Virus record (IMG/VR): IMGVR_UViG_3300006105_001031
Span: 54,242-74,241 of that record
Direction: 5' to 3' (one strand)
Source: an uncultured virus (IMG/VR IMGVR_UViG_3300006105_001031)
Lineage: Duplodnaviria > Heunggongvirae > Uroviricota > Caudoviricetes
DNA length: 20,000 nt
Of the stretch, positions 16,366 through 20,000 are shown piece after piece. A program made the translations under genes and the position numbers. Under the pieces are notes generated by a model. That model was given only the letters and a program-made list of their open reading frames with translations, ran no database searches and was not told where the DNA came from. The stretch's first letter is position 1, and each line of letters starts with the position of its first letter.

Positions 16366-16764
16366 ATGGCATATTTCCCCGGCGTAACAACACCAGATGG
16401 TGTTGAAGTTGTTAAGCCTTATTCTACTGGCGCTCTAGATTGGACATATGCTGCAGCCAGCGGCGGTATTAACAACAGCACATCTCCTATTGTTTTGGTT
16501 GCAGGAACTACAAACCAAAAAAACTACCTTACCGCTCTTCTTATTGATAAAGATGTTACTGGTGATGTTACTGAATTCACTATCACAGACGGTGCTTCTA
16601 CCGTAATTTTTCGTGGACGTTTGGGAACACAAGCAATGACTGGTGTTCTGTATGAATTGCCTACTCCTCTACGCAGTTCGTTGGGTAATGCGCTGAACTT
16701 TCAGCTTGTGACCTCTGTTCCTGGTAATGTCTATGTGAATGCTCAAGGATATACTGCATCTTAA
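16366..16764 (+). CDS. Putative structural protein, 132 aa
   Basis: SD TAAGGA, T/G/V-rich beta-sandwich-like composition, late cluster. Confidence 0.55.
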   Translation: MAYFPGVTTPDGVEVVKPYSTGALDWTYAAASGGINNSTSPIVLVAGTTNQKNYLTALLIDKDVTGDVTEFTITDGASTVIFRGRLGTQAMTGVLYELPTPLRSSLGNALNFQLVTSVPGNVYVNAQGYTAS

Positions 16765-16783
16765 TTTATGATTGATTACTTAA

Positions 16784-17176
16784 ATGATTGAAAAACTTGA
16801 CGAGTCTAATATTCTTCTTTATGCTGCAAAACATTATGATAATCATGCGTGTTATGACACAATAGAATTTTATGATGACTTGAAGAAGTTTAATTATATA
16901 AAAAGATTACTTAATCAGTATGTTGAAACAGGCGAAATTAAAGAGCGTCTTATTTTGAACCATATTATTGTACTGTATAATTTGTTTGGAGCAGAACCGA
17001 CTGCTCGGATGTTGTTTCTTAAAATTAAAAATAGACATGAACAATTAAAGCCATTTCTTGAATTACTTGGTATTATGCCGGAAGCGATAAGAAACATTGG
17101 TGTGAAGAATGAAACATTTTATAGTAAAGACATAGAATCTGATCAATATATTAAACTAATCCTGGGGGCCATTTAA
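16784..17176 (+). CDS. Conserved T4-superfamily hypothetical protein
   Basis: L...N.LLYAAKHYDN..C....EFYDDLKKF.YIKRLL..Y...GE.KERLILNHIIVLYN.FG pattern, recognised from cyanophage-like myoviruses. Function unknown. Confidence 0.75.
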   Translation: MIEKLDESNILLYAAKHYDNHACYDTIEFYDDLKKFNYIKRLLNQYVETGEIKERLILNHIIVLYNLFGAEPTARMLFLKIKNRHEQLKPFLELLGIMPEAIRNIGVKNETFYSKDIESDQYIKLILGAI

Positions 17177-17388
17177 TGAAGACTCTAAAACAATTCATGA
17201 TTGAGGCAGCAGGAAATGCTGAAATTCAGTTTCAGGATATAGCTGGAACTTGGAAAACTATTACAGTTTCCATTAATCAGCCGCTATACATTCTTCGTCA
17301 TATGCAAGATGCTAAGAAGAAATTTAAAAACAATAGAGTTCGCGCAATAGACTCTAAAACAAAACAACTATTGGACATGTTACCATGA
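17176..17388 (+). CDS. Small protein with a capsid-targeting-like N-terminus (MKTLKQFMIE)
   Basis: Overlaps both neighbours. The N-terminus resembles the T4 internal protein CTS (MKTYQEFIAE). Confidence 0.65.
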   Translation: MKTLKQFMIEAAGNAEIQFQDIAGTWKTITVSINQPLYILRHMQDAKKKFKNNRVRAIDSKTKQLLDMLP

Positions 17389-17762
17389 AAAGTTATAAAG
17401 ACTTCTTAGAAGCATATGACTATAATACAGGCGACTATGGTGGATACGGCGGCAACGGCGCTGCTGATGGTCCTACTGCTCCTGGAGGCTACCCTAGCGC
17501 ACCAAAAGATTATGATGTAGCTTCACCAAAGAAAAAGTTTAAAAGACCTCCTGATAATCTCACAAAGAAGTCTAAACCCATCGTCGCTGAAGATGGTGCT
17601 GCAGCTGCTGCTCCTGCTAATTCTGCAGGTAATGTAGCTGGTGGTGGCGATAATCCGCAAAAGATTGTTCCTGTGTTTAGTGATATGCAAAAGCGTAAAC
17701 AGAAAAAGGGTGCTGAAAGTCAAGCAGCTCTTCTTAAAAGTTTTAGAGGTATGTTAAAATGA
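17385..17762 (+). CDS. Low-complexity protein with a CTS-like N-terminus (MKSYKDFLE)
   Basis: G/A/P-rich, with an IVAEDG...APANSAGNVAG motif. ATGA overlaps on both sides. Confidence 0.65.
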   Translation: MKSYKDFLEAYDYNTGDYGGYGGNGAADGPTAPGGYPSAPKDYDVASPKKKFKRPPDNLTKKSKPIVAEDGAAAAAPANSAGNVAGGGDNPQKIVPVFSDMQKRKQKKGAESQAALLKSFRGMLK

Positions 17763-18103
17763 TCAGTGATGCTCTAGGGCAATTAATTAAATTCCTCGTC
17801 TTTATCCTTTTCTTAGTAGCAATATTCTTTGCTGGATTCTACGCAGCAGAGAAACAATGCTCAGCAAGTATCAATAAGTCTGAATATAATGCTGAAAAGA
17901 TAAAATATGATAATTTGAAGAAACAATACGATGATGATGAAGTACAAATTGCTCAGCTTAAAGACCAAAAGAATAAAATACAAGTCGTAACAAATGATGT
18001 TGTGCACACAATCATCAAAAAAGTTCCTGTAAATGCCAACTGCGATATTCATGAGGATGTCATTTCTCAGATAAATATTGCTAGAAGTGGAACTAAGAAA
18101 TGA
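17759..18103 (+). CDS. Inner-membrane spanin (Rz-like)
   Basis: N-terminal TM helix FLVFILFLVAIFFAGFYAA, a periplasmic coiled coil and a C-terminal Cys (NANCDI). Immediately followed by a lipoprotein gene. Confidence 0.75.
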   Translation: MISDALGQLIKFLVFILFLVAIFFAGFYAAEKQCSASINKSEYNAEKIKYDNLKKQYDDDEVQIAQLKDQKNKIQVVTNDVVHTIIKKVPVNANCDIHEDVISQINIARSGTKK

Positions 18104-18357
18104 AAAAACTGAGTATTGTATTTTCTTTATTGCTTGCTGGATGTGTTGCTACACCCGCACCTATCGTTACGGTTTCTTGTAATCCTCCTAGTTCTATTAT
18201 GGTATTGGAGCAGCCTGTTCCACCAATAAAAGAAACTACTCTAACAGAACAGCAAATTTTACAATATTGGCTGACTGATGACCAGAGACTAAATTCTGTT
18301 ATTCTAGATAAAAACGCACTAATCAATCACATCAATAAATTCTGTAAGGCAAAATAA
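18100..18357 (+). CDS. Outer-membrane spanin lipoprotein (Rz1-like)
   Basis: Signal peptide MKKLSIVFSLLLAG|C with a perfect LAGC lipobox, a Pro-rich mature N-terminus and additional Cys residues. Confidence 0.8.
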   Translation: MKKLSIVFSLLLAGCVATPAPIVTVSCNPPSSIMVLEQPVPPIKETTLTEQQILQYWLTDDQRLNSVILDKNALINHINKFCKAK

Positions 18358-18683
18358 TGACTGGATTAGATACTAAAATTTCTCTAATAGAAAGAGATAT
18401 TGATCAGATTGCTAATCTTTGCGATAGAATTGACACATCTATTGAAAAACTTACTGATGTTAGTGTGTCTTTAGAGAAAATGATTGCTGTTCATGAAGTT
18501 AAAATTGAACACATTGAAACTTCTAACATGGAAACTAAAGAATATAATAAAGAAATGTTTGATGAGATCATAGAAAGAATCGCTGATCTTGAAAGCTGGA
18601 AGTGGAAATTGAGCGGGATCTCTGCTGTTATTAGTGTTATCATCATGACTGCTATAACTTTTGGAATGCGACTTATTCATTAA
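18357..18683 (+). CDS. Coiled-coil protein with a C-terminal transmembrane helix
   Basis: IEKLTDVS.SLEKMIAVHE.KIE coiled coil, then RIADLESWKW followed by hydrophobic LSGISAVISVIIMTAITFG. Confidence 0.7.
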   Translation: MTGLDTKISLIERDIDQIANLCDRIDTSIEKLTDVSVSLEKMIAVHEVKIEHIETSNMETKEYNKEMFDEIIERIADLESWKWKLSGISAVISVIIMTAITFGMRLIH

Positions 18684-18692
18684 AAAAAGAAC

Positions 18693-18720
18693 TTGCTATT
18701 TTTGCTTGTTGTGGTATAAT
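18693..18720 (+). promoter_or_regulatory. Sigma70-type (extended -10) promoter for primase
   Basis: TGgTATAAT (18712-18720), with TTGCTA at 18693-18698 and an A-tract upstream, in the intergenic gap. Confidence 0.7.
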
Positions 18721-18752
18721 CACTAATGTGGTTTTGATAATGGATAACGCTT

Positions 18753-19775
18753 ATGTATCATACATGGATGGACGTCAAGTACGCCAACCTACTCTCATCA
18801 AGTCTTAAAAGGTTCAAGGTAAAGGCGAACGAGCCTTACTTGGCCAATTGTCGTTGCCCAATCTGTGGCGACTCGACAAAGAATGCATCAAAGGCTCGTG
18901 GCTACATCTACCAAAACAAAGACAAGCTGCGATTTCGCTGCCACAACTGTGGTGCGGGAATGACTTTCCCATTCTTTCTTAAGACAGTCAATCCTGATCT
19001 TCATAATGAATACGTCAAAGAACGTTTCCTTAATGATGGTGAAGTCAAGAAGGTTGAGAAAAAGACTGAAAATCTAGAATTTTCTTTTCCTGATCATTTG
19101 CGTAAGGGTGAGCCGCTTTCTAAGCTGAAGAAGATTTCTCAGCTGAAGTGGGATCATCCTGTCAAGCAGTATGTGGTTAGTAGGAAGATTCCCAATTACT
19201 ACCATTCAAAGATGTTCTATGCTCCTAAGTTTAAAGCATGGACGAACACCATGATTCCTAATAAGTTTAATCTAGAGCAGGGGGATGAGCCACGACTGGT
19301 TATTCCGTTCTTTGATGAAGATAAGAATTTCTTTGGGTATCAAGGTAGGTCTTTGAAGAAGAATGATGCTGTTCGATATATTAGTATCATGTTGCGTAAA
19401 GACAAGACCAAAATCTATGGGTTAGATACTGTCAACAAAAGCAAAAAGGTTTTCGTTTTCGAAGGACCGATTGACTCTATGTTCATAAGCAATAGTGTAG
19501 CTATGGCCGGTTCTGATGTTTCATTGCCTAGCTTTCCTGATTTTACTATTGTGCTGGACAATGAGCCGCGTAATAAAGAGATTGTAAAATTGCTTGACAA
19601 GAACATTGAAAAAGGGTATAATGTATGCATATGGCCCAGCAATGTTCACGAGAAAGATATCAACGATATGATCCTTGCCGGATATGAGAACGAGGATCTC
19701 CAGGCCATTATTAATGCGAATACATATAATGGATTGATGGCTCGAATGAAGCTGGCTGAATGGAGAAAAGTATGA
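18753..19775 (+). CDS. gp61: DNA primase (T4 gp61-like)
   Basis: Zn ribbon NCRCPICGDS...CHNCG, EPRLVIPF, YQGRS, TOPRIM FEGPIDSMF, DNEPRN and KDINDM. Confidence 0.96.
   Translation: MYHTWMDVKYANLLSSSLKRFKVKANEPYLANCRCPICGDSTKNASKARGYIYQNKDKLRFRCHNCGAGMTFPFFLKTVNPDLHNEYVKERFLNDGEVKKVEKKTENLEFSFPDHLRKGEPLSKLKKISQLKWDHPVKQYVVSRKIPNYYHSKMFYAPKFKAWTNTMIPNKFNLEQGDEPRLVIPFFDEDKNFFGYQGRSLKKNDAVRYISIMLRKDKTKIYGLDTVNKSKKVFVFEGPIDSMFISNSVAMAGSDVSLPSFPDFTIVLDNEPRNKEIVKLLDKNIEKGYNVCIWPSNVHEKDINDMILAGYENEDLQAIINANTYNGLMARMKLAEWRKV
19594..19622 (+). promoter_or_regulatory. Consensus sigma70 promoter internal to primase
   Basis: TTGACA (19594-19599), 17 nt, TATAAT (19617-19622). Confidence 0.75.
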
Positions 19776-19834
19776 GTGAAAAAATGACTGGTTTCATGTG
19801 CAAGACAGACTTTGAATGTGAACTTTATGAGTGA
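19772..19834 (+). pseudogene. 20-codon ORF, possible truncated gene remnant
   Basis: ATGA overlap with the primase stop and a GGAG SD upstream. It reads MSEKMTGFMCKTDFECELYE* and looks like a real gene start that terminates early. Confidence 0.35.
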
Positions 19835-19864
19835 TGTGTGGAAATAAAGAATAAAACACATTAT

Positions 19865-20000
19865 ATGATGACATTTCGTAAACGTATGCTTTTCTTGGAG
19901 AAGTTAAAAGTGAAGAATCATGCTGGTGGCACTTACATGTGTGCTAATGTATCTACTAAAACTCAGAAAGATCTAGCTGCTTGGGTTGCCACACATAATA
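19865..20000 (+). CDS. Probable gp57B/Acb1-like 2H phosphoesterase, N-terminal fragment (runs off window)
   Basis: Open frame MMTFRKRMLFLEKLKVKNHAGGTYMCANVSTKTQKDLAAWVATHN. GTYMCA..S..T...L resembles the T4 57B/Acb1 N-terminus (GLYVAAKFSELTLDAL). The HxT motifs would lie outside the window. An alternative start is GTG 19910, after GGAG. Confidence 0.5.
   Translation, partial: MMTFRKRMLFLEKLKVKNHAGGTYMCANVSTKTQKDLAAWVATHN

Noticed and set aside
16797..16825. TTGACG-N17-TATGCT possible sigma70 promoter inside the 16784 gene
   Set aside because: Weaker -10, intragenic and within a late module, so it could be chance.
18701..18720. TTTGCTT as a T4 MotA box (middle promoter)
   Set aside because: It is too close to TATAAT compared with the 11-13 nt spacing of MotA promoters. 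An extended -10 sigma70 promoter explains the site.
1..20000. tRNA/rRNA genes, CRISPR arrays, alternative genetic code
   Set aside because: Intergenic gaps are too short and no cloverleaf or repeat array was seen. Core genes translate full-length in the standard code, ending in TAA or TGA.

Overview
A 20-kb segment of a T4-superfamily myovirus genome, AT-rich, with every credible gene on the + strand. The spanin pair implies a Gram-negative host. 1-7.0 kb is the replisome: gp44 (partial), gp62, regA, a small ORF, a GH19 endolysin, gp43, uvsX and gp41. 7.0-9.5 kb holds accessory genes: a HExxH peptidase, a YkuK-like RNase H fold, ClpP and a pyrimidine-dimer-glycosylase-like protein. 9.5-18.7 kb is a late module with TATAAATA-type promoters. 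It contains a HAD phosphatase and two small proteins whose N-termini resemble the T4 capsid-targeting sequence, large low-complexity putative internal head proteins, a Dps, three virion structural proteins, an Rz/Rz1 spanin pair and a membrane-anchored coiled coil. The window ends with gp61 primase and the start of a probable gp57B/Acb1-like gene, downstream of a perfect sigma70 promoter inside the primase gene. Most notable: (i) three Shine-Dalgarno-sequestering hairpins whose 5' arms overlap a predicted promoter or start site, suggesting temporal translational gating in both directions; (ii) a putative capsid-packaged HAD phosphatase in a cargo cluster with Dps and a modular polyprotein; (iii) about 2-fold N-x-S/T sequon enrichment in a virion protein. 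All assignments come from motif recognition by eye; no searches were run.
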